From Candidatus Latescibacterota bacterium (lineage in GTDB: Bacteria; Latescibacterota; UBA2968; UBA8231), in assembly GCA_965215195.1 (NCBI GenBank), contig CBDCDC010000002.1:2240001-2304000 (forward strand): a stretch of DNA of 64,000 nt, given 5' to 3'. Within the stretch, counting starts at the first letter, position 1. Each line of letters begins with the position of its first letter. A program made the translations under genes and the position numbers. The notes under the pieces are model-generated. The model was not told the origin of the DNA. It ran no database searches and worked only from the letters and a program-made list of their open reading frames with translations. Below are positions 9,573 through 17,957 of the stretch, one piece after another.

Positions 9573-9950
9573 CTAGCCCCAGCTCCCGTCCTTCCGCTTG
9601 TGGATGAAAATTGGATTTCCTCCAGGATCGCTGATCATGGCCACATGGCAGGCAGAGAGCTCATTCGGACCCCACTCAACCTCCACGCCTTTTCTACGCA
9701 ATTCTGCAATCGCCTCGTCAAAATCGCTCACGGCTAAGGAAAGACCGCTACCTCCTTTACCGTTTGCCAAAGGCGAGCCTTCATAAGTGCCAAACAGCAC
9801 TAATGTTATTGGAGGCACTGAAAATTCCGCCCAATTCCACTGCGGATTGTGCAGTTCCAGCTTGAGCTCAAGAGTATCCCGATAGAAGGAAACCGCTTCC
9901 TCCAAGTTATGCACATAATGTACTACGAAATCTACTCCGCGAATGTTTAT
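9573..9950 (-). CDS. VOC/glyoxalase family protein
   Basis: VHNLEEAVSFYRDTLEL and ISDPGGNPIFI motifs; frame extends to ATA at 9950 preceded by AAGGAGG (first conventional start GTG at 9914). Confidence 0.8.
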   Translation of the reverse strand: MNIRGVDFVVHYVHNLEEAVSFYRDTLELKLELHNPQWNWAEFSVPPITLVLFGTYEGSPLANGKGGSGLSLAVSDFDEAIAELRRKGVEVEWGPNELSACHVAMISDPGGNPIFIHKRKDGSWG

Positions 9951-10005
9951 ATTGACGACCTCCTTGAATGCACCTCAGAAGTTGAACTAGTCTGGGTCTC
10001 CCTTG

Positions 10006-10686
10006 TCATGCACCAGCGTCCCTCGGCACCTGAATCTTGATCCCCCAAGACAGAGTAGAGAACCTGATCGTCTCTACGGAAAAACCCAAACCGCGCAGAT
10101 AGCCGACGGACGCATCAACGTGCCAAAAAAACTCTTCTTCAATAGCGTCTGCTGTAGCGTCGTCGCCAATGGAACGATAGCGATCAATCAAAATCCGCTC
10201 CTCCTCTGCGCTCTCCAACATTAGATCCCCAAACAAAGCACACCCCCCAGGCAATAGCCGCTGCACAAGCTGATTAAATAGAAGTTCTTTCTCCTGCTGA
10301 GTAAGATGATGTGCGGCGTATGTACTAATCGCGACATCGAATGGAGGAATATCGGCGTCGAAGTACTCCAGTATATCTGCTTGCACATACGAGATATGGG
10401 ATGCTCCACGGAGCTTTTGTTGCGCAATTTTATTCATTTCAGCAGAGACATCTACACACACAAGAGACCGGCACGGCGGCAAGCGAGCGGTCAAATTTCC
10501 AGTCCCAGAGCCAAGTTCCACAACGGCCGAATCCTCGGTGATACCGGCGTTCTGCGCGCTCCAGTCAAGGACCTCGGCGTAGCCCTCTCGAATGGGATCC
10601 TCAGATCTAAGCACATCCTGATCATACGTGGCAGCATCCTCGTCGTGATTGTAGAGATCTACGTTTCTACTTCTCACCTCCGTCAT
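10006..10686 (-). CDS. Class I SAM-dependent methyltransferase
   Basis: VVELGSGTGNL motif I, VDVSAEM, FDVAISTYAAHHL, LLPGG. Confidence 0.88.
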   Translation of the reverse strand: MTEVRSRNVDLYNHDEDAATYDQDVLRSEDPIREGYAEVLDWSAQNAGITEDSAVVELGSGTGNLTARLPPCRSLVCVDVSAEMNKIAQQKLRGASHISYVQADILEYFDADIPPFDVAISTYAAHHLTQQEKELLFNQLVQRLLPGGCALFGDLMLESAEEERILIDRYRSIGDDATADAIEEEFFWHVDASVGYLRGLGFSVETIRFSTLSWGIKIQVPRDAGA

Positions 10687-10712
10687 CCTTTCACAGCGTT
10701 TTTGAATAACCA

Positions 10713-10981
10713 TCAAAGAAGCCCCTCCTCGCCGGGCGTCTCGTTTTCTACCGAAGAAGGGGACAACGCCCGGTGCTGTGCGCGGTTGATCGCCGCAAGA
10801 AGACGTTGGGCGTTTTTGGGCGATCTGAGGAGATGAGCCGTCGCGAGGAGGCTGGCTAATTCGTCGGCTGAAACCAGCGCGACGTCTTCGGCATTGCGCC
10901 GCCGTATAATCACCGGCTCGCGGGTGGAGGCGACTTTGTCGCAGAGGGATGCGAGTTTGGATCTGGCCTGAGTGTGGTCAT
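10713..10981 (-). pseudogene. Phd/YefM family antitoxin, frameshifted near start, no toxin partner
   Basis: SD AAGGAG then ATG at 10981 out of frame with TQARSKLASLCDKVASTREPVIIRRRNAEDVALVS...HLLRSPKNAQRLL. Confidence 0.7.
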
Positions 10982-10995
10982 TTGGTTCTCCTTAT

Positions 10996-11022
10996 AACAT
11001 GTACCTATTTAGCGTACATGTT
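10996..11022. promoter_or_regulatory. Inverted-repeat operator upstream of the yefM-like remnant
   Basis: AACATGTAC-N9-GTACATGTT perfect 9-bp inverted repeat; TGTAC core resembles YefM-YoeB operators. Confidence 0.55.
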
Positions 11023-11110
11023 GTGAAAATCTGATCAACCCCTCGGCATCGAAGAGCTCAACGACCCGCCTACAAGAGGCCGGGGCGACAGCGGACCACG
11101 CCCGCTTACT

Positions 11111-11139
11111 TTGACACGGTTTGCGAACATGTATAGTCT
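11111..11139 (+). promoter_or_regulatory. Putative sigma-70 promoter of ABC exporter operon
   Basis: TTGACA-N17-TAGTCT about 30 nt upstream of ATG 11172. Confidence 0.5.
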
Positions 11140-11171
11140 AAGTAGGGCCTTAGCGGCCCACCAAACAGCGC

Positions 11172-12905
11172 ATGAGCTTCAATCCCTTCAAACCGTTCGC
11201 CTCGTACCTCCGCCCCTATCGCTGGGCCTTGGCCATCGGCCTAACCTTTTTGCTGGGCGAACAGCTCATCTCCGTCTCCATCCCCCTCGTCCTCGAACGC
11301 GCCATTGACCAAGCCCATCAAGCCGCCCCGGACTTGGGCTTTCTCGCGCACTACGCCGCCCTCATCGTCGGCTTAGGTCTGGCGCAGTGGGGCATGGCCT
11401 TTGGCATGCGCTGGCACTTGGCCGCCACCTCGTACCGCGTTGAGCGCGACATCCGCCAGCGCTATTTCGCTCACCTGCTCACCTTGCCCTTGGGCTACTT
11501 CCAACAGGCCCGCACCGGCGATTTGATGGCCCGGGCGACCAACGATGTGGAAGCTGTACAGCGCTACCTCAGCCACGGCTTCCGCATGTTCCTAAGCGCC
11601 CTGCTCGGCTTCAGCTTGAGCATGGTGGCCATGTGCCTGTACGACTGGCAACTGACCCTCTACGCCCTGTTGCCCATGCCCATTATGACCGCAATTTTGC
11701 GCGTGGTGGGCGGCAAAGTGCGCCGGCGCTATCGCTTGGTCCAAGAGCAGTTTGCCGCCATTAGCACCTGCTTGCAGGAAAACCTCGCGGGCGTGCGCGT
11801 GGTCAAGGCATTTGCCCGCCGCCTCGGCGAGATCGACCGCTTCACCCGCCTCAACCACGAGTACGTTGAGCGCAACCGCCGCCTGATCTACATGTACAGC
11901 ACGTTTTTCCCCTTCACCTTCCTCATCAGCGGCCTGTCTATGGTGCTCATTCTGTGGCTGGGCGGCATCCGCGTCGTCGAAGGGACGCTTACCTTAGGGG
12001 CCTTTGTCGCTTTCAACGCCTACTTGATCCGCATGAGCCGACCCATGATGATGATGGGCCGCATTGTCGATGAATACCAGCGCGCCATGGCTTCCACGCT
12101 GCGCATTGAGTCCGTGCTCAAAGAAAAGCCTCAGACCGACCAGCACCGAGACGACGACTTGGCGATCAAAGGCGAAATCGAATTCCGCCGCGCCTCCTTT
12201 GCGTACAACGGCCAAGCCGTGCTGCGCGACATAGACGTCCACATTCCGGCCGGCAGCACCCTCGCCATCGTCGGCCGAGTCGGAGCGGGCAAGAGCACAC
12301 TGGCCCGACTCATCCCCCGGCTCATCCAAGCCGGCGAGGGCCAAATTCTCATCGACGGCAAACCCATTGAACAAATGCCCCTGCGCACCTTCCGCAACGC
12401 CATCGGCTACGTGCCGCAGGACACCTTCCTGTTCTCCGAAAGCATCCGCGACAACATCGCCCTCGACTTGGCCACCCCGGACGACGTCGCCCGCGCCATT
12501 GAGGTGGCCCAACTAGCCGCAGACCTCAAGACCTTTCCCCAAGGGCTGGAGACCATCGTCGGCGAGCGCGGCGTCACCCTGTCGGGCGGCCAGAAGCAGC
12601 GCACGGCCTTGGCCCGTTCGGTCGTGCGACAACCGAAAATCCTCATCCTCGACGATTCCTTAGCCAGCGTCGATACCCGCACCGAAGAGCAAATCCTCAA
12701 GCGCCTGCGCCAGATTATGGCCGAGCGCACCACCATTCTCATCGCCCATCGCATCTCCACGGTCATGGCCGCAGACCGCATCATTGTGCTCGACGAAGGG
12801 CGCATTGTCGAAGAGGGCACCCACGACCAATTGCTCAACCGCGATGGCCTGTACGCCGAGATGTACCGCCGCCAGCACCTCAGCGAGGAATTGAGCGACC
12901 TCTAA
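11172..12905 (+). CDS. ABC exporter, fused permease/ATPase (heterodimer subunit A)
   Basis: TM domain plus GRVGAGKS, LSGGQKQR, ILILDDSLASVD (degenerate Walker B). Confidence 0.93.
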   Translation: MSFNPFKPFASYLRPYRWALAIGLTFLLGEQLISVSIPLVLERAIDQAHQAAPDLGFLAHYAALIVGLGLAQWGMAFGMRWHLAATSYRVERDIRQRYFAHLLTLPLGYFQQARTGDLMARATNDVEAVQRYLSHGFRMFLSALLGFSLSMVAMCLYDWQLTLYALLPMPIMTAILRVVGGKVRRRYRLVQEQFAAISTCLQENLAGVRVVKAFARRLGEIDRFTRLNHEYVERNRRLIYMYSTFFPFTFLISGLSMVLILWLGGIRVVEGTLTLGAFVAFNAYLIRMSRPMMMMGRIVDEYQRAMASTLRIESVLKEKPQTDQHRDDDLAIKGEIEFRRASFAYNGQAVLRDIDVHIPAGSTLAIVGRVGAGKSTLARLIPRLIQAGEGQILIDGKPIEQMPLRTFRNAIGYVPQDTFLFSESIRDNIALDLATPDDVARAIEVAQLAADLKTFPQGLETIVGERGVTLSGGQKQRTALARSVVRQPKILILDDSLASVDTRTEEQILKRLRQIMAERTTILIAHRISTVMAADRIIVLDEGRIVEEGTHDQLLNRDGLYAEMYRRQHLSEELSDL

Positions 12906-14683
12906 TGCCGCCGACCATCCGCGACGAGCGGGAAATCGACAAAAAGTCCATTGACTTGCGCTTAGTGGCTAGGCTGTTGGGTTTTTTGCGGCCCTATTGG
13001 CCTTGGGCGGTCTCGACGTTGTTGCTCATCCTCGCGGCCTCGCTGGCCCGCCAGGCCGGTCCCGTGCTGACCAAAATAGCCGTTGACGAGCATATCGTGC
13101 CCGGCGATCTGGACGGCCTGAGTACCCTCGTCCTGCTCTTCGCCGCCCTGTTAGTGGCTCAATTCGCCGTCGGCTACGCCCAGAGCTGGATTACCAGCAT
13201 GGTGGGCCAGTGGACCATGCGCGACGTGCGCTTGAACATTTTCACCTGCCTACAGCGCCTGCCGCTCAAATTCTTCGACCGCACCCCCATCGGCCGGCTC
13301 ATGGCGCGCAATACCAGCGATGTCGATGCGCTCAACGAATTCTTCACCTACGGGGCCGTCTCCCTAGTGACCGAGGCCGTCACCATCGCCTCTATCCTGT
13401 TTTACATTTTCTACTACCTCGACGTCGAGCTAGGTTTGCTCACCTGCGCCTTTTTGCCGGTGGCCTTTGCCGCCACCCTGTGGCTGCAAAACCGCACCTA
13501 CCAAGCCTTCCGCCAAGCCCGCACCCGCTTTGCCCGCTTCAGCGCGGATTTGCAGGAAACCCTGTCGGGTATAGAAGTAGTAAAACTGTTCAACTGCGAG
13601 CCGCGCAGCACCCGCCGCTTTAATCAAGGCACGGACGAATACCTCGACGCTCGCTTGGTGCGCACCTTGTACCACTCGGCGTACTTCCCCTTTATGGAAT
13701 TGTGTGGTGCGGCCTTGATGGCGTTGGTGCTGTGGTACGGCGTGGGCCAAGTGCTGCGTGCGGAAATCGCTTGGGGCGTTTTGGTGGCCATGCTGCAATA
13801 CGTACCCCGCTTCTTCATGCCCATCCGCAACCTCGCCGAGGAATACGCCACCGTGCAGGTGGCCATGGCCTCTTCCGAGCGCATCTTTGAACTGATTGAC
13901 GCCGAGCCAGAGCCGATCGGCGGTCCCGTGCGCCGGGAGCGCATCGCCGGGGCCATTGAATTCCGCCGCGTGTGGTTTGCCTATGAAGGGAAAGAATGGG
14001 TCCTGCGCGACGTCTCCTTCTGCGCCGCCCCGGGCCAGAGCCTCGCGCTAGTTGGGGCCACCGGCTCGGGCAAGACCACTATCGTCAGCTTGCTGTGCCG
14101 CTTTTACGAGATTCAACGGGGGCAGATCTTGGTTGACGGCATCGACATCCGCGAGTGGGATGTGGAAGCCCTGCGGCAGCGCTTCGGCTTGGTGCAGCAG
14201 GACGTCTTTCTCTTTGCCGGCGACATTGCCAGCAACATCCGCCTCGGTGCCCCCGAGCTGTCGGACGACGCTGTCGCACAGGCGGCTCGCTATGTCAACG
14301 CCGATCGCTTTATCGACCGCCTGCCCAACACCTACCAGCACGATGTGCAGGAACGCGGCGCGTCCCTGTCGGCCGGTCAGCGCCAGCTCTTGTCCTTTGC
14401 CCGCGCCCTAGCTGCGGACCCGGACATTCTGGTGCTGGACGAAGCCACCGCCCACATCGACACTGAGACCGAAGGCTGGATCCAAGAGGCCGTGGAAAAA
14501 CTCATGCGCGACCGCACTTCCATCGTCATTGCCCACCGCCTGTCCACCATCCGCAGCGCCGACAAAATCCTCGTGCTGCACCGGGGCCAGTTGCGCGAAG
14601 AAGGCCGCCACGAAGAGCTTCTGGCCCGAGACGGCATCTACGCCCGCCTGCATCAATTGCAATACGACGAGGCCCTCGCCTAG
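12905..14683 (+). CDS. ABC exporter, fused permease/ATPase (heterodimer subunit B)
   Basis: GATGSGKT, LSAGQRQ, LVLDEAT; TAATG coupling. Confidence 0.93.
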   Translation: MPPTIRDEREIDKKSIDLRLVARLLGFLRPYWPWAVSTLLLILAASLARQAGPVLTKIAVDEHIVPGDLDGLSTLVLLFAALLVAQFAVGYAQSWITSMVGQWTMRDVRLNIFTCLQRLPLKFFDRTPIGRLMARNTSDVDALNEFFTYGAVSLVTEAVTIASILFYIFYYLDVELGLLTCAFLPVAFAATLWLQNRTYQAFRQARTRFARFSADLQETLSGIEVVKLFNCEPRSTRRFNQGTDEYLDARLVRTLYHSAYFPFMELCGAALMALVLWYGVGQVLRAEIAWGVLVAMLQYVPRFFMPIRNLAEEYATVQVAMASSERIFELIDAEPEPIGGPVRRERIAGAIEFRRVWFAYEGKEWVLRDVSFCAAPGQSLALVGATGSGKTTIVSLLCRFYEIQRGQILVDGIDIREWDVEALRQRFGLVQQDVFLFAGDIASNIRLGAPELSDDAVAQAARYVNADRFIDRLPNTYQHDVQERGASLSAGQRQLLSFARALAADPDILVLDEATAHIDTETEGWIQEAVEKLMRDRTSIVIAHRLSTIRSADKILVLHRGQLREEGRHEELLARDGIYARLHQLQYDEALA

Positions 14684-14708
14684 CGGGCACAACCCCTCGG
14701 CTTTACTG

Positions 14709-14945
14709 CTATAATCGATCATACACTTCCGGCTCTACGTCCGGCACGTTTGCCAAAACAGCTTCAAACTTCTGGCGGCTCCCTCGTTTAGCACGTTCTT
14801 CGAGATACTCAACCGTTATCAGAGCCGACACTTTCTCCGCGACTGCCAAGGTGATGAACTGATTCATTGAAACCCCCTCCCCCTCCGCCATTTGCTTAAT
14901 CCGCTTATGCAGCGAGTCGGGCAATCGAACGCTCAGCGTACTCAT
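14709..14945 (-). CDS. Ribbon-helix-helix (HicB-like) antitoxin, orphan
   Basis: MSTLSVRLPDSLHKRIKQMAEGEGVSMNQFI; paralog of 22717-22962; no adjacent toxin. Confidence 0.8.
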   Translation of the reverse strand: MSTLSVRLPDSLHKRIKQMAEGEGVSMNQFITLAVAEKVSALITVEYLEERAKRGSRQKFEAVLANVPDVEPEVYDRL

Positions 14946-14992
14946 GATATCGCAAAAAGTAAACCGATAGTGTTCAGCTCCAGTATAGTCCC

Positions 14993-15793
14993 TTAGTCCA
15001 AGACCATGCCGCCGCTGACGTTTATCGTCTGGCCGGTGACGTTGCGCGCCTCCTCGGAAGCGAGGAAGGCGACCATGTTGCCGATGTCCTCAGGCGACTG
15101 TTCCCGCTGCATCGGCGTTGAGTTGGCGATGAACAGGTCGAACACCTCGCGGGCACTTTTGCCGGCATAGGCGGGATCGACCTCGGCGAGCTTGGGCGCT
15201 AGCGTGTGCCAGAAGTTGGTCCACACGAACCCGGGGCATACGGCGTTTACGGTGATGTTGTGCGGCCCCAAGTCCTTGGCGGTCAGCCGCGTTAGGCTGA
15301 GCATCGCGTTCTTGGCGGCCGCGTAGGTCGGCAGGAAGGTCGGGTCGCGCTTGGCGGCCGCGGAAGAGATGTTGATAATTTTGCCGTAGCGGCGCTCGAT
15401 CATGTGCGGGGCGATCGCCTTGCAGAGGAAGAAGGGCCCCTTGACGTGTATGTCGTAGTTGCTGTCCCACTCCTCTCCGGTGAAATTGGTGAACGGGGCC
15501 CCGACGATGGTGCCGAAGTGGCCGGCGTTGTTGACGAGGATATCGATGGCACCGAAGCGCCCAAGCACCTGCGCGACGAGGTCCGCGCAGGCGGATTCAT
15601 CCGTTATGTCGGCGGTGATGGCGATCGCGGTGGCCCCTTCGCGCTCGAGCTGGTCGGCGGTAGCCTGCGCCCGGTCGCCATCGATGTCGGTCGCCACGAT
15701 GGCCGCCCCTTCGCGCGTCAGGCATTTCGATATGCCGAAGCCCATGCCGCCCCCGGCACCGGTGACGATGGCTGTCCTGTCTTTGAGTCGCAT
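14993..15793 (-). CDS. Short-chain dehydrogenase/reductase (SDR)
   Basis: TGAGGGMG, NNAG, YAAAK catalytic motif; start MRLKDRTAIV after GAGGGGAG. Confidence 0.92.
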   Translation of the reverse strand: MRLKDRTAIVTGAGGGMGFGISKCLTREGAAIVATDIDGDRAQATADQLEREGATAIAITADITDESACADLVAQVLGRFGAIDILVNNAGHFGTIVGAPFTNFTGEEWDSNYDIHVKGPFFLCKAIAPHMIERRYGKIINISSAAAKRDPTFLPTYAAAKNAMLSLTRLTAKDLGPHNITVNAVCPGFVWTNFWHTLAPKLAEVDPAYAGKSAREVFDLFIANSTPMQREQSPEDIGNMVAFLASEEARNVTGQTINVSGGMVLD

Positions 15794-15972
15794 GCTGGTC
15801 TCCCCTCGGTTTTTGGAACGCATAAAAAAACCTTGCTATATGTAGAAATTGCCGAAGCCATCTCCGTTTCGGCCGGAGAGCACAGGACGATCTCGTTGGC
15901 GGAAATTTCAGGCCGCAACACTCCGGCACTACGGTCATATCCCGCCAATGAACTGACGCGGCTAGAAAAGCC

Positions 15973-16785
15973 CTAGGGAGAGAGCATTGCGGCAATTTCA
16001 TCGAGATACATTTTAAGGGACAATCCGTGGCTTTTTGCCAAAATCGCTAGCGTATCAACCTTTGTTCGTTCCCCCTTTTCGATTCTCCGCACATGGCGTT
16101 CAGAAAGCCCTTGTATCTCGGCTTGCTTAAGCCCGTACTGCTTGCGCAATGCGGCAACGGCCTCTCCGAAACGGAGGTCGTACATTAGTCTTTCCCGATC
16201 CTTTTTTTCTCGCCATCTGTCGTCTTTTAGGCAGCGAACAGCATCTAGGTCAATATGTACATCAACCTCAGGCCAGTGCATATAACTGCCTTCACTCGAA
16301 ATGGTAAATGAAGAACGCTGTTGGGCTGGAATGCGCCCAAGGGCGGGCATTTCTGCAAAATCTACTCTGAACAAGGTGTGATCACAGGCCATGACAAAGA
16401 GTTCCTCAGCTACGACCTGTGCAGCGGCAATGAGTTGCTCGGGACATCCAAGACTCCAAGCCGTTAGCACGCGCTTGGGCACATCCTTAGTCGAATGCAC
16501 GAGAATATGTCGGCTGCTTTTGAGTTTTGCCTCGTAAAGCATTTGCGGCAAAAACTGAGCGTTGTCGTCTTCGCGGACGAAAAGGGTTCGAAGATGATTT
16601 CGATGATTGGCAGCACGGACAAACTCACTTACAGCAGGAAGGTCGGCAACAGAAGTTAATACGAAAACATCCCGCGCGTTTACCCTGCTCACATCTGGTT
16701 TCCGAAAAACAGTGAAAGAGGGCGGAATGATGTCATAGCTAAATGGGTCTTGGGCCCAGATGGCCATTTCAGCAGTCTTTGACAT
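15973..16785 (-). CDS. DUF2442 + XRE-type HTH protein, probable antitoxin with N-terminal extension
   Basis: FTISSEGSYMHWPEVDVHIDL (DUF2442-like), C-terminal LRKQYGLKQAEI...SERHVRRIEKG HTH. Confidence 0.7.
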   Translation of the reverse strand: MSKTAEMAIWAQDPFSYDIIPPSFTVFRKPDVSRVNARDVFVLTSVADLPAVSEFVRAANHRNHLRTLFVREDDNAQFLPQMLYEAKLKSSRHILVHSTKDVPKRVLTAWSLGCPEQLIAAAQVVAEELFVMACDHTLFRVDFAEMPALGRIPAQQRSSFTISSEGSYMHWPEVDVHIDLDAVRCLKDDRWREKKDRERLMYDLRFGEAVAALRKQYGLKQAEIQGLSERHVRRIEKGERTKVDTLAILAKSHGLSLKMYLDEIAAMLSP

Positions 16786-16787
16786 TT

Positions 16788-17066
16788 TTAGCTCCTTATA
16801 TCCACTTTGGCTTCCCACTCGGCATAAAGTGTGGCTCTATGCTGAAGCACCAGACCTAACAGTGTCCGCTGCTCTTTGCCCGAAGGGCCTGATCTCGAAG
16901 GGGGAAACTTCACATTAAAAACTAGATTGCCGCGTTTACATGTACTAAAAAAGACGCGTATCTCCCATTTGTCCGGTTTGCGAGCGTGAAAATGAGGTGG
17001 TTCGTGATCTGAGGAATTGAACCATAATTCCAAGCCCGCCAATTGAAAGCATTCCAACTTTCCCAA
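16788..17066 (-). CDS. DUF4160 family protein, probable toxin
   Basis: FNSSDHEPPHFHAR and LYAEWE motifs; TTG start after GGAG. Confidence 0.75.
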   Translation of the reverse strand: MGKLECFQLAGLELWFNSSDHEPPHFHARKPDKWEIRVFFSTCKRGNLVFNVKFPPSRSGPSGKEQRTLLGLVLQHRATLYAEWEAKVDIRS

Positions 17067-17222
17067 AAGATGGCTCCTCGCTTTCCACCAGAGAAAATGG
17101 CTAAAATCGGACAATAAATCAATTATATATAAATTAAAAATGTCCGGTTTGCGAACGCCTGCTCTTGTTGAGGACAGTGAGCATATTGCGGTGCGCTCTG
17201 CAATACCGCCCTCCGAAGATCT

Positions 17223-17933
17223 TCAACGCGGCCCAGCGCACCCCAAGCCCAGCAATGACAAGCACCTTTGCGTCAGCTCATCCACGCTAGCTGCACTTAC
17301 GTCCACACTGACCAGCCCATGCTGCCTAACTGCATCCATCATTTGCGCGTTGTAGAGCAGGCTGCGCTTCAGAAACTTATCCACCATCCTTCTTTCGCGC
17401 TGGGACTTCGTTCGATACTGACTTGCCGCGCAAATTCTCTGCTCAAAAACGGCGTCACTCGCTGTGAGCCAAATGGCAGCGAGGTTGGCAACCTCTAGGG
17501 TCGCTGCAAACTCTGGCCACAGAGCGGATCCCTCCACTATTATCCGCTCCTTAGAAGCGGTCTGAAAGCGGTCCTCTGCGGCCCCTAGATGGCTTGGCTT
17601 GCCCTCGCATGGGGGAGGGCGAGACGCCCTCCATCCTGCGGTCGCGGTCGCCGCGACGATCGCCTCAACTTGCGGCCATACATTGACCTTGTAGTGATGA
17701 AGCACGTCCTCAAGCAATGCGCACACCGACAGCGAGAGATAGTGATCGGCCACGTGGTCGGGCACCTGCTGCTGCGCCGGTTGCCACGGACGACCGGGAT
17801 GGCGGGCGAGTTTGTCCGTGGAGATTTGGGCCCACCCCAGTTTTGCTGCCAGCGCGGCGGCCAGTGTCGATTTGCCAACGTGGGACGAACCGCCGATGAG
17901 GATCACTCGCAAGTCAGCAGGTGCTTGGCGCAT
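17223..17933 (-). CDS. P-loop kinase (2-phosphoglycerate kinase-like) with in-frame hairpin insertion
   Basis: LIGGSSHVGKST Walker A, ISTDKLARHPGRPW, IIVEGS. Confidence 0.75.
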   Translation of the reverse strand: MRQAPADLRVILIGGSSHVGKSTLAAALAAKLGWAQISTDKLARHPGRPWQPAQQQVPDHVADHYLSLSVCALLEDVLHHYKVNVWPQVEAIVAATATAGWRASRPPPCEGKPSHLGAAEDRFQTASKERIIVEGSALWPEFAATLEVANLAAIWLTASDAVFEQRICAASQYRTKSQRERRMVDKFLKRSLLYNAQMMDAVRQHGLVSVDVSAASVDELTQRCLSLLGLGCAGPR

Positions 17934-17957
17934 TCTCGTTGAGCAGTAGGGAATCCC

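Noticed and set aside
10006-10686. Methyltransferase as the modification enzyme of the adjacent island
   Set aside because: Lacks DNA MTase catalytic motifs (DPPY/NPPY or PC), lies on the opposite strand beyond the MITE, and looks like a small-molecule class I enzyme.
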